A stretch of 64,000 nt of DNA from Haliotis rubra (Eukaryota): positions 7,006,001 through 7,070,000 of the forward strand of contig NW_025766002.1 in assembly GCF_003918875.1 (NCBI RefSeq), read 5' to 3'. The notes under the pieces are model-generated. The model made no database searches. It was not told the DNA's origin and saw only the letters and a list, made by a program, of their open reading frames with translations. This document shows positions 26,008-38,096 of the stretch, one piece after another. The position numbers were made by a program, and so were the translations under genes. Every line of letters begins with the position of its first letter. Position 1 is the first letter of the stretch.

Positions 26008-27912
26008 CACTCATTCTCAATAAATCGTTGCATTACTGTCGCCGACAGTTTTCTTTTAAATTTATGGCTATGAACTTGTTATCGTATGTTTTATAAAAGC
26101 ACAACAACTTCATGATTCCATGCAACATAAGTTAGATTTTCCTTGTTGTCTTCAAACTTTTCAAATTTGCTTTTAATGACCAGTTTTGTAATGTACGTTA
26201 CTGTCGCCAGGCAACATTGAACGCTTTTGCAGATTTCTAAAATCGTGTTCACATTAATAACTCATATGACTAAGGTGAATACATTTTCCCTAATATATAA
26301 AGAATCATTTATATTCATGGGAGGCTCCAGTGAAAGCTGATACTTCATTTTATTACTCTCCATACCTGTGTCGCTTGGTTTTTCATAAAACAACTAAACA
26401 TATATGAATAAGGAAAATGCTCTCATTTGAATGACAAAAAAAGACTGTTAAATGTTGTAATAATATTGCCTTGTGAATGATAAAACCGTAAATAAGACCA
26501 TTATATAGCAAAACATCATCGTAATGAAAATATTGGACATCAAAAGTGAAAATCTTAAGGGTTATGGATAAGAATGCAATGTACGTTACCTACCACATAC
26601 CAGGAAAACAAAGTTGTACATTTTGCACACTATGTGGTTTCAATGTGTTAGAATGTGAAAGTCATGAACAGTGTAAATTTGAATAAAATAGCATCTGCAA
26701 TTTTGTGTTTTGTTACTTATTCTGAATATTAGTAATGAGCGTTACTGTAATATGCGTTACTGATAAATCTGAAACTCTTGGAGAAACACGGATTTATGCT
26801 GTAACAGCTTTGCTTCTGACATGTGATCAGAGCGACGCCATTTTCTCACGTCACGTTGGCGTCGAATGAAGGTTGAAAGATCAACATTTATGAAGTTGCA
26901 AAGCACTCCAAGTAAGTTTGAATTGTGGTGTATTTTGTGGGAGTTAAAGAATAGTAACATATATCCACATTTTAGCGAACGTGAACGTTTTTGATACATA
27001 ACAGGCGGTAAATATACATAAATATATGAAAGTTGTCATTTGTTAACAAACACTCCATGTTCAATTGCTAACTACATAGGGAAATGTACGTTACCGATGG
27101 TAGCGATACATTACCAAAATCTTATCAGCTAAAACATCATGAAATGGAATAGTTTTCTTGATTGTTAAGCAAATTACTCATAGTGATGTTAAAGGTTAAA
27201 GCATGTTTTGTGTTGAAATCACGTTTGTCAAAAATATTTGAATTTACTGATGAATTGTGATGAATGAAAAGTGCTCTAGAAAACAAATGCTTAGAATTAT
27301 TAATGTAGCTTGTTAAAGTGATAAAACGTGATTAAAACGACAATGGTTATAGTAATTTCGGAATTGTAATTCAAGGCAAGTATAATTTTAATAAGAATTA
27401 GCTCCACTATTGTCTAATTATGTTCTACCTTTGGAACAGTAGTCATCACAGCGATGGTAACGTACATTTCTACACAGGTAACGTACATTTCTCTTGCATT
27501 AACTCATGTTTTATTTTCGTTATTTCACAGAAATGACAAAGACACGTGCTGAAATCCAAAAAGCCTATACACCTCATGTTGTTTTGAAAATCATTTCTCT
27601 TGTGTTTTGTACATATGTGGTAATAAGAAACACCATTTCCAAAGGTGTATGTATAAAAAGAATAGTTAAAAAGCACAAATCCTTCAATAGGAACCCAAAT
27701 CACGTACATTTCAGGAGAAGTTTATGTGGTATTTACGTCCCAAATGAGATGCTAAGTGATGAAAAATTGAAAGCGAGTTGTATCCTGTTCCTTTTGGAAA
27801 ATGTTACAATAGGTATTGAATATTTTGAAAACGAAAGACTCTTTATTATAAATATACTTTGGTTTTTCTAAAGCTGCCTATATCAATTGCAACGATTTAT
27901 TGAGAATGAGTG
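26008..27912. mobile_element. 1.9-kb non-autonomous CACTA/EnSpm (CMC)-type DNA transposon
   Basis: Perfect 25-bp TIRs cactcattctcaataaatcgttgca and 3-bp TSD tgt. Repeated aatgtacgttac motifs are direct in the left half and inverted (gtaacgtacatt) in the right half. Confidence 0.9.
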
Positions 27913-28636
27913 TGTATGCCAGCACAGACATCTTGTACCCAAATGGAGCATCAGACCCTCTGGTTTGTCAGTATTTTGAATGAAGTAGCCCAGAGGCCCT
28001 GATAACACTCATGTGCCTTTGATACAACCCAAGCAGCTATGGCAATGGAAAGGCTTTTACTGCTACATGTAAAGACATACGTTTGTTCCAACATTAAATC
28101 CTTGGGAGCTAAGAAAAAAACACTGACATATCAGTGTAAAATTAGTCAACACAATGTCATAAAGTCCAGCCATATTCTTCCCAATGAATTACATTGGCCT
28201 GTGTAGATAATCTATCTGCCCTGTTGCCATATAATGCGTGATTAAATTAGCATGTTGTTCCTCTGAGATTAGTGTAATTGTCAGGTGACCATACTGTGAC
28301 AGGTGATTGACATGTGTAAATATTGATTGATGTGATCAATTGCGCTCCCATGCTGACCCTCTGTTGGCAGCAAACTTTGTAATGCTCTTAAGGCTGTTCT
28401 GGGATGAAATGAACACAAGATAAGAAACTATGTTTATCTGCATGTGGGCAGCTTCGGCAGTGGCAAATGGAAGTGGCAATTTGTGATTATCTTGGTAAAG
28501 GGAATTGTGATAACGGTATTTAGGAGGTATGAAATTTGTTCAATGAAATATTTCATCCATGGTTTGTCAAGGGCTTGTATAATGTTTCAGGACCGAAAAC
28601 ACAATCATTTGGTTTGAAATTGACATTTATCTGATG

Positions 28637-28801
28637 AATGAATGAGTGGGTAATATTTTATGCCACTTCAAATATTCAAACAAGACAGCCACCAGTGATA
28701 CAAGGAATGAGCTTCACACATTGCACCCATAAAGGGAATCGAACCCAAGTTTGGGGCATGTCAAGCAAACACCTTAACCATGAGGCCACCATCACCATCC
28801 C
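28637..28801 (-). mobile_element. SINE family A, degenerate
   Basis: gagcttcacacattgcacccataaagggaatcgaaccc...accttaaccat. Confidence 0.75.
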
Positions 28802-28844
28802 ACATTTTCTTTTTCAATGATGAAGTTTTAAGTCTCTGTCACTG

Positions 28845-29040
28845 GACATTCCTGGGAAGACATCCTAGATATGATGACATTCCTGGGAAGACATCCTAGA
28901 TATGATGACATTCCTGGGAAGACATCCTAGATATGATGACATTCCTGGGAAGACATCCTAGATATGATGACATTCCTGGGAAGACATCCTAGATATGATG
29001 ACATTCCTGGGAAGACATCCTAGATATGATGACATTCCTG
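28845..29040. repeat. 31-bp perfect minisatellite (gacattcctgggaagacatcctagatatgat) x6.3
   Basis: Direct reading; units start at 28845, 28876 and so on to 29031. Confidence 0.97.
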
Positions 29041-29099
29041 CTATGACGATACATCATATTTTCAAACTCAACAATCTTAGTGTAATATGTTTTCATATA

Positions 29100-29312
29100 T
29101 GTGGCCGAGTGGATAGAGCATTTGCTCAGAGAGTGGCAAGTCCGTGGTTCTATTCCTGGCTGCACCATACCAAACTGCCTGACATTAAGGACGTAAAACA
29201 AGGACTGGTCAGCTCGTATGGAGTGTGTTGTTCTGACTGGGGTATCCATGTATAACTGTGCCATGGTATCTCAGTAGGCCAGGACTATAAAACTGAATGC
29301 AGTGTTAAACTC
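29100..29312 (+). mobile_element. tRNA-derived SINE with Meta/MESC-like domain (family C)
   Basis: gtggccgagtggatagagc...ggttctattcc head, then ggactggtcagctc...ggtatctcagtaggccaggactataaaa. Homologous to 1-236. Confidence 0.7.
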
Positions 29313-29548
29313 GATTTCACCTCACCTCATGTGATACTATCAAATTCATTCATGCGGTTTGGTCTTGTGTCCCCATCACTATTCTTTGGGTTGGTGGTAG
29401 ATTTGGTGGTAAGTGTTTACCGATTCACTATGTTTGCTGGCCTACCATACACAGAAAGTATGCCGGATATGCTCAGTGTGACACACAAACCAGTGGTTCA
29501 TAGCATGATCCATCCCATCAGTGGACAACACACTGTCAGTCAGCTCAC

Positions 29549-30000
29549 TTATTATTATTTTTATATGGGTATTTATATAGCGCTATAGTCTATCCCATCT
29601 ACATGCATGCTCAAAGCACTTTGGACCCGTGAAGATCTGGGGTAGAATAGGTCTTCAGCAACCCATTCTTGTCATAAAAGGCGACTATGCTTGTCGTAAA
29701 AGGCGACTAACGGGATCGGGTGGTCAGGCTCGCTGACTTGGTTGACACATGTCATCGGTTCCCAATTACGCAGATCGATGTTCATGCTGTTGTTCACTGG
29801 ATTGTCTCGTCCAGACTCGATTATTTACAGACCGCTGCCATATAGCTGGAATATTGCTGAATGCGGCGTAAAACTAAACTCACTCACTCAAAGCACTTTG
29901 TTTTTTCCCTCGAGCACTTGATGTCAATCTCAACTCCCTGGGGATCATACAACTCGTGCAGCCACTAGGCGCACCAAGTTAATGTGGCTTTCCCATCCTT
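29549..30000 (-). mobile_element. Nin/Deu-domain-like SINE fragment with L2-like tail, split by a SINE B insertion
   Basis: The reverse complement contains gtatgatccccagggagttgaga...aaagtgctttgagca...agcgctatataaatacc and a (taa)n tail. Family assignment is from recalled consensus. Confidence 0.55.
29624..29886 (+). mobile_element. SINE family B, full-length reference copy
   Basis: Perfect 14-bp TSD ctcaaagcactttg (29610-29623, 29887-29900). Starts gacccgtgaag and ends gctggaatattgctgaatgcggcgtaaaactaa(actc)n. Confidence 0.95.
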
Positions 30001-31480
30001 ACTGTGAACCACATTTTAATTAGCCCTTCAGAAGAAACAAATCAATATTAAAGCCTGAGGAATCAGCATCAGCCTTTAAAAAAATTATTATCAAATCTTT
30101 TTCCACTACTGCTTTTTGTTTGAACATACATTACATAATCAGTTGGTCTTTTACATCTGCTGAATATTCAAAACTGTCAACTGTATCATCAGAGCCAGGA
30201 ATATGTGTTTACATACTTGGATGTATTTTCTGACTTTCAAATCCATTCACAGAAATGTTTCAACTAAGACGTTGATATCAATTCTTTATTCATACCAATG
30301 TTGAAATATGACATATCAATTGTTGTTATTATTGTTAATTGTTATAATTTAGTGAACTGTCCCATGTATTTAAATAACTTGTAAACAAAACAAAATGGAA
30401 TATCATTTCATCTCAGAATTACCCAGTATACACCAAGTCAATTTATGGTTAGATGTAAGCCAAACTTATCCTTTGATAAAAAAACATGCAAAGTTTGACA
30501 AGAACAAACTTCTACGGCATCAACAGCAAGACACATCAAAGAGGAATAACTCTGCAAAAAAAAAATCACCCCAAGATGTAGTCTCGAGCACCCTGGTTCT
30601 GCTGCAGCTACTGGAGAATTCCCCGAGTCCCCATCCAATCAAGTCTGTCTCAATCCTTCCGGCTACGTGGGAATTGATCATTTCCAATTTTGTGCTAAGT
30701 GAGAGAACACCCCACTTCGACTACGTCTACCATGTCGCTTTTTGCAATATTTTTTCAAGACGTCAACATTAAAACATCAATCTTAGCCAATACCACAAAG
30801 TTCTCATAAAAGTGGTTTCCCAAATCAACATCTACAAGCATTTTGAAAATGCAATAAAAAATAGCATTCTTAAAACATATACCTCAAAGTCCTGATATCT
30901 AGTGCAAGGGTATGAAATGAGTGCTATCCATTCCTAGCAGACTTTGTTAAAAAAACTCCTTTTAAGTGTTGTTAGCCAGCACGTAAAGTATGGTAAATAA
31001 AATAATGAAGAGTCCACATTAACTCCCTGGAGCCTGACCTGTATAATTGACACAACTTTGATGTCATCTTACACTGCCAAGAAGCACCGATCTCAGGGAG
31101 TGAGGCATCTCTCTAGGGGGTGGGGCATGGTGGCAACATGGTCCTTCCTGGAGCCCTGAAACACATGTGGGAAGATTTAGGTTTGCTTCCAAACAGGAAT
31201 TTAAAGGCCTAATATCCTAAAGCTATTATTTTAAAAAGATGTATATTCGAAAACAATTTCACAAATAAACTGAAAATTAAAGGCATATTTTCCAGCTTTA
31301 ACTCAATCAAAATGTTTTGAACATGTACGAAAGTATTTTCAAAAATAAAAATGTTCACCATTCCTGAATGCCAAATGCAGTGGAACAATCAGTATTTTGA
31401 TGAGGTGGGTGAGTGTGTGCAGGGTTTAACACTGTATGGAACAATTCTTGCATTACATCATGGATAAACAAGAAGCAAAG

Positions 31481-32156
31481 CCCTAAGTGCTGCAGTTCAC
31501 GGATGCCCTAAGTGCTGCAGTTCACGGATGCCCAAAGTGCTGCAGTTCATGGATGCCCTAAGTGCTGCAGTTCACGGATGCCCTAAGTGCTGCAGTTCAT
31601 GGATGCCCAAAGTGCTGCAGTTCACGGATGCCTAAAGTGCTGCAGTTCAAGGATGCCCAAAGTGCTGCAGTTCAAGGATGCCCTAAGTGCTGCAGTTCAT
31701 AGATGCCCAAAGTGCTGAAGTTCACGGATGCCAAAAGGGCTGCAGTTCATGGATGCCCAATTGCTGCAGTTCAAGGATGCCCAAAGTGCTGCAGTTCATG
31801 GATGTCCAAAGTTCTGCAGTTCAAGGATGCCCAAAGTGCTGCAGTTCATGGATGCCCAAAGTGCAGCAGTTCACGGATGCCCAAAGTGCTGCAGTTCACG
31901 GATGCCCTAAGTGCTGCAGTTCAAGGATGCCCAAAGTGCTGCAGTTCAGTTCAAGGATGCAGTTCAAGGAAAGTGCTGCAGTTCACGGATGCCCCGTTCA
32001 CGGATGCCCTAAGTGCAGCAGTTCACGGATGCCCAAAGTGCAGCAGTTCAAGGATGCCCAAAGTGCTGCAGTTCAAGGATGCCCAAAGTGCAGCAGTTCA
32101 CAGATGCCCGAAGTGCTGCAGTTCACGGATGCCAAAGTGCTGCAGTTCATGGATGT
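31481..32156. repeat. 25-bp minisatellite (ccc[t/a]aagtgctgcagttca[c/t/a]ggatg), ~27 units
   Basis: Period of 25 read directly. Confidence 0.97.
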
Positions 32157-32693
32157 AGACTTAGAATCACAAAGAGCTTATGGACTAAGGAATATTATCA
32201 GACTGAATATAGGATCCAAACCCATGAAAACAACATTCTTGCTGCTAATGGATGCAGCTCAAGATGTGAAGGTTGTGACATCTTCATCAACTTAGCCAGT
32301 GGAGCCCACTATGATACAGCATGATTCAACTGAGTGTTTCTATGATCAGTTCCTTCCGAGATAACCGAGTTGACATAAGTACCACATTCATAGGAATTTG
32401 TCATCAATACAATCAATACAATTCCATGGTTGTATCTTCCAGAATATCATACAATCACTGTGAGTGATTCATTTATATAATTTTCACCATTTTACCATGC
32501 CCAATGGAATCTGTTTTGACAAATATTTGAGACTGAATATTGCTTGGCAATGACATTTTGAACAACATGAAGTCAAAAAATAATATATTACAATCTCTTT
32601 CTTAAGTACCGCCATGCTGAGAATGAAATAACTTCATAAAATATGAATAAACATGTACAAGTTGGAATTATCTTCGGTAGTATTGAGTGTACA

Positions 32694-32846
32694 TGAGTGA
32701 GTGAGTTTAGTTTTACGCCCTTTTATGCTATATTAAAGCAATATCAGGACACCAGAAATTGGCTTCACACATTGTACCCATGTTGGGATTCAAACCGGGG
32801 TTTTCTGCATGATGAGCCAACACCTTAACCACTAGGCTATCCCACT
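32694..32846 (-). mobile_element. SINE family A
   Basis: gacaccagaaattggcttcacacattgtacccatg...ttaaccactaggcta. Confidence 0.9.
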
Positions 32847-33639
32847 GAACCTGTGTGGAGATGAGGTTCCCTGCTCATGGCTTGACTGCGGCAATATCAA
32901 GAGAGGCACCAAGAAGGGGCCTAAAATAACAGTACTCACTCAAATTGTAAAAGTAAACACTCGACTCTATACACACATCATAAAATCATATCCTTTGTTC
33001 TGATTTTCACATTCCCGTTGCAGATTTACATCCAAACCATGAATGAACAACAAACAAATGAGTTTCACATGAAATAAATTACACAAACTATTTCTTACAT
33101 TCTCATAAAAACATTGCCCTTTCAGAAGAAAAATAATCCCAGGATAAAAACATTGCCCTTTCAGAAGAAACATCCTCCTTGATCTCTTTCCCATTGACTC
33201 ATATCCATTAGAAAATAGTCTGTTTGCCAACACACAGGATATATATAACACGAAGATTGTGCAGGAAAAACACCTTGTTGTATTATCCTACTCATGTAAT
33301 TGCATTTTTTCTCGTGGGGGATCGTTGGAACAGCCAAAAGAAATACTCTTGCATCAGTGAGGAATGATGTCGGAAAGTAAGTACATCTGGTCTGATCGTT
33401 AGCTTTGCCACATTGACTCTTTTCACCTAGGTGAGGGATTATGAAGTAATGTTTTATGACTATTGAGAGGTATGTCTTGTGAGAAATTCACCCATTAAAT
33501 GGCTGAGTTAAAAATGTCAGAAAGGCTTGAATGGTGTGCTGTTGATGGATGTGATGTAGTTTCATTCATTCCTTTGCCTCAGTGGTTGTGGATGGATTGT
33601 TCAATCATTTCTCAAGATGACCCTTCACCTATGTTTCCA

Positions 33640-34022
33640 GGTTGTCGTTTTGTCCATTCATCATTCAATCTTTAAAAGTGTAACCATCATCCTTTCATCT
33701 GTATGTCCATTTGTTTGTCTCCGCTCGAATGCTTCATCTATTAATAATTCATCAAAGCATTTATCCATCTATCCATTTATTTGATCCTTCTAGTATATCC
33801 GTAATAGTATACCCATTCATGTGTTGTCCTTCAATTTCATTCCACACATGTTCACCTTCTATCAATTCATTGTTTATTTCCATCTTTGATTCATCATCCA
33901 TGCATATATCTATTCATTCATACTTACATCCATATATTCGTTTTATTCATGCATGAATCTATCTTTCATCTTGTGATCAGTCCATCTGTTCAATGATTTC
34001 CATTTTGGCATTTATTCATTCT
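33640..34022. repeat. Decayed (TCCA/TTCA)n low-complexity tract
   Basis: Dense tcat/ccat/ttcat words. Confidence 0.6.
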
Positions 34023-34103
34023 TGGATTCTGTTCTGTAATGTTGTTACCTATTAATTAGTCTGTGTGTTTATGTCACTTCTGTGCTTTATCTTCTGTTGT
34101 TCT

Positions 34104-34263
34104 GGGCATTGCGGTAGCCTAGTGGTTAAAGTGTTCGTCTGTCATGCCAAAGACCCGGGTTCAATTCCCCACATGTATACAATGTGTGAAGCCCATTTCT
34201 GGTGTCCCCTTCATTATATTGCTGGAATATTGCTAAAATTGGCATAGAATTAAACTCACTCTC
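34104..34263 (+). mobile_element. SINE family A
   Basis: ggtagcctagtggttaaagtgttcgtctgtcatgccaaagacccgggttcaattcccc...gctggaatattgctaaaa. Confidence 0.92.
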
Positions 34264-35169
34264 CTGTTGTTTTTGTTTGTTGTTGCCAGACTGTTGCCAT
34301 ACATGTACGTCTTTATGTGCCTTTGGCACAAGAATTAAAGACAATCAAAAACAAAGAAAAATCTGAGATGGTTTTATCACTTTACATTTATAGCACTTTC
34401 TTTTACAGTCTCAAAACATGCTTCTTAAAGATGTTTCAAAATTAATGAACGGTTATCCAAGATTATGTGCAACAGCAACAATAAATTCCTATATAAAGAA
34501 TCCAAAATGCATATTTAATTTGACAAATTCAAGCCATGTAATATATGTGACTGCTAGTTTCGACCTCATCTTGTCTGAAATAGCATCATTATAAAAACGA
34601 ATTGGTCTAGGCATTGTCAGAACCAATTATCAATGAGGCACTGAAAGATGTAATGAGTAAAAAGCCTGCATCACTCCGAGATCAATTACATGATTCATGA
34701 ATATAGACATGGTTTCTGCCTTAATGACAAGCATGGTATAGCATCACTTTCCCTGTCAGGCTGTCTGGACGATGTGTCCTCAGGTTGATAACACGGTCTG
34801 GCCTATTGTATTTCACAGGACACTTTGATCCATTGTGGAAAGGGGCTTCATATCCTGTCAAAATGCTGGTAATCAATCAAAGTGTGATAAAATCTTATAA
34901 TGTTTCCCATTTCAATCCATAAACAAATATTGATTTCGAGTTTTCATTTCTTAACGGGTATAGGGATGCTATAGACATTGCCTAATGTTGTTTTGGGAAT
35001 GGTGTAATTGATTTGGGAATGGGAGCTGCGACAGGAACATGTGGTCTCAGGATATGGACTTTTAAATATTGTCATGGTTTTATTGCAGTTTGTGTTGACT
35101 GTATGACATGTGTGATGTGAAGCAGCACATGAGCACATCTCTTTGATGTGATGTGTAAATCATGCATAT

Positions 35170-35620
35170 ACATATCATGCAGTATTGTACAGATATAGCA
35201 TTCAGTGTTACATCTTTATCATACATAATGCATTGATGACCGTATATAACAAACATGCAGAATTGAACACACACACAGAACATGGCTCATATATATATAT
35301 ATATATATGTAAAGCAGTATTACATCTATATCACACATAATGCAATGTTATGCACATATGCATTTATGGCCATATATATCATGCAGTATTGAACATATCT
35401 ATATATATAATGCAGTATTATATCTTTGTCACACATAATGCATTAATGACCGTAGATAACAAACATGCAGTATTGAACACACACACATACACACACAGAG
35501 ACACACAGAGAACATATATATATATATATATATATAAGGCAGTATTTTATATTTGTCACACATAATGCAAAGTAATGCATATATCATGAATTAATGCACT
35601 TATATATCATGCAGCATTAC
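35170..35620. repeat. Diverged ~210-240-bp tandem duplication containing (CA)n/(TA)n
   Basis: cataatgcatt(g/a)atgaccgta(t/g)ataacaaacatgcag(a/t)attgaacacacac occurs at ~35224 and ~35434. Confidence 0.8.
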
Positions 35621-35641
35621 AGCTTTCTGGCATTCGTTATG

Positions 35642-36417
35642 CATTCTAATTCAACTTGGTATGTAACACGAGTTCTGATTGGTCAATGCTATAAATTTCC
35701 GACCGTATAATCAGCATATACGGTCGCAATTTGAAAACCGATTCACCGAAACCTTTGAATGTATCCCTACACAATGTGGGTAACGCTGTTTCACAGGACA
35801 TTGTCATTTGCAGAAGCCATTGGTCAATTAACTCCCCTATCCAGCTAAAATGGGTGGAATTTGTGTTAAAAAAGACAAAACAGTATCATAAATTTAATTA
35901 TAAGTTCAAACAACTTACTCGCAACGGGCTGTTGACCCAACACTGTTAGATCATGAAACAAGGTTTATGACGTCATTATGGAGCATGACGTCACCTGCTA
36001 TGACGTCATTTGACAACAGAACTGATAATGGCCCGTAGTTGAGGAATCAGCGGCCGCTCATTTCTGTAACTAGAGGGCGGTTTCATCATAATACCGTCCA
36101 TTTTATTTATAATACTATGATCTATTCACCATTGTAAAATTTAGTCTGTGTGCACATAATAAACGTGTGTAGTTTGAAAAGGGAACTACTTTCTCTGGCG
36201 ATGGTGTAAGTTGAAGGAGTGATATGATTCACCTTTGACCTAGAGGAACTTTGACCTGGTTTAAATAATGAATTTCTTTCACGAAAAAACAGCGTAAAAC
36301 GAGTTGAATTAGAATGGGGATAACTGTACTCGCGTCGCCGATATAACGTTAAATTTGCGGCTATATAACCACCGGTATACGTCCCCAATTCGTCAAACAC
36401 AGTACAGTTATCCCCTA
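35642..36417 (-). mobile_element. Non-autonomous element with asymmetric inverted repeats (type X copy 2)
   Basis: cattctaattcaact (35642) / agttgaattagaatg (36302), abutting ggggataactgtact (36316) / agtacagttatcccc (36401). Three TGACGTCA at ~35968-36008; ttctgattgg at ~35673. Confidence 0.75.
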
Positions 36418-36741
36418 AGTATCATGCAGGATATATTCTGTTGGTTTCCTTATACATAGCTACCAGCTGAGCAGGACATGGTACCATTTCCTTTTGTATA
36501 CTTTTCACCACTATTTTGCCTTTTGTCCCCTATGGCTTCTGTTTCATCAGATATTCAAGACTGGTGTTATTGTTATATAATATATATCATGAATATGGTA
36601 CCTCTCAGCCCGTATCACATGTCTAGCATACAGAACATGGCTCATAAAACATGTTTATCAACCAGTTACCTTGGCACATATATACAATATCACACATCAT
36701 TGTATGTATATGTTGACACATTTCACTGTATATATCTTGAG

Positions 36742-36906
36742 GGGGCGGTGGGGCAGCCTAATGGTTAAAGCGTTGGCTCGTCACGCTGAAGACCCGGGTT
36801 CGAATCCCCACATGGGTACAATGTGTGAAACCCATTTCTGGTGTCCCCCGCCGTGATGTTGCTGGAATATTGCTAAAAGCGGCGTAAAACCAAACTCAGT
36901 CAGTCA
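36742..36906 (+). mobile_element. SINE family A, full-length reference copy (tRNA-Asp-like head)
   Basis: 14-bp TSD gtatatatcttgag. Head gctcgtcacgctgaagacccgggttcgaatcccc resembles the tRNA-Asp(GTC) anticodon and T arms. Confidence 0.95.
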
Positions 36907-37979
36907 GTATATATCTTGAGCATTGCAAGTGTATCATGTCTCACATGTACAATGAAGCATTTCATGTGTATATATGCAGTATCAAATTCCTGTCATTTTC
37001 ACATCAGGTGCTATAACTTCTGGTATACCTTTCAAACATGCACTCAGTTAATCCCTAAGTTACAACTCTGTTTTTGTTTAAAACCCTACAAACACATCCC
37101 GAATACTTGTTGATGAAACATTTCATGATAAGGATGTTGTTCACAGAAGTTCCTTGCCTTTAAAAAATCCTTTAGATGAAATAACCATTTCACTAACAGT
37201 AATTACTAAAGACCTATACCTTGCTATGTGCTTATTAACCATCTGTGATAATTTAATCTACCAGGCTTAGAAAGATTTGCGCTGAAGTAATCCATGGGCA
37301 CATTTTTTTCTCATTGAGTATATAAGCCCTGAAATACAAATCAAGTCAACTGTGAATAACGATGAAGAAATACTTTCATCACTAATTTGGTAGGTAATTT
37401 GTTTATTTTTATTTGCAGAGTGGCTTGTAGGAGTGCCAATCATTTCTCCCGGTTCACCAAGTGTAGAAATGCAAGTTCCGATTCAACGATTTTCCATTTA
37501 ATGGGAAAAACAATGTGGAAAACTATATTTTGAGCTGTATTGGATTCCTTGATTTTACAATTATTTGGGCACAGATGGTGATCTGAGAGATGCTGTGACA
37601 TTAGGGTTAAAACACACTGATAATGACCATCATAACGGAATACTTCATTTCTTAAAAATGTTTCGTGTAATATTACAAGAACTCAATTTAGTTTCTTTTT
37701 GTACAGAATGGGAATATTCCTGGTATTTCAGTATCAGGTTTCTGTTGTTGTTGAGCAATATATTATATCAGCTGCTGTGAGTCCCGCTGTTGTGTTGTAT
37801 TACATACCTCATGACAGGTATTATTGATGCTATTCATTTCTTTTTTTACAGAATGTTGCTCTGCTTGCTGCAAAAATGTTGTAATATGCTTAGAATTCTC
37901 ATGATATGTAAAACAACATGAACTCTTCATGCTGTAGTAGCTCAGTGTTAAGTGCCTCTGTCTGACTTTCAGTTTCTTG

Positions 37980-38096
37980 ACCAGGGCCTAGATTTTCGAA
38001 GCTCTCTTAGCGCTAAGATAGTCGTAAGTGCTATACATTAACATTAACTTACGATTATCTTAGCGCTAAGAGAGCTTCGAACATCTAGGCCCTGGT
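37980..38096. mobile_element. 117-bp palindromic MITE
   Basis: ~49-bp near-perfect arms accagggcctagattttcgaagctctcttagcgctaagatagtcgtaagt / acttacgattatcttagcgctaagagagcttcgaacatctaggccctggt. Confidence 0.9.

Noticed and set aside
27506-27871. 121-aa ORF inside the CACTA-type element
   Set aside because: No recognisable transposase motif; AT-rich subterminal DNA.
24045-29040. CRISPR-like appearance of the 120-bp and 31-bp arrays
   Set aside because: No unique spacers, no cas genes, eukaryotic context.
30395-30772. 125-aa ORF (similarly 54394-54780)
   Set aside because: No recognisable domain, coding-like composition or convincing splice context.
31687-32324. Cys-rich (metallothionein/keratin-like) ORFs
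   Set aside because: Artefact of the 25-bp array.
36742-36820. Functional tRNA-Asp gene
   Set aside because: No proper acceptor stem or terminator. It continues into a SINE body with tail and TSD and has many diverged copies.
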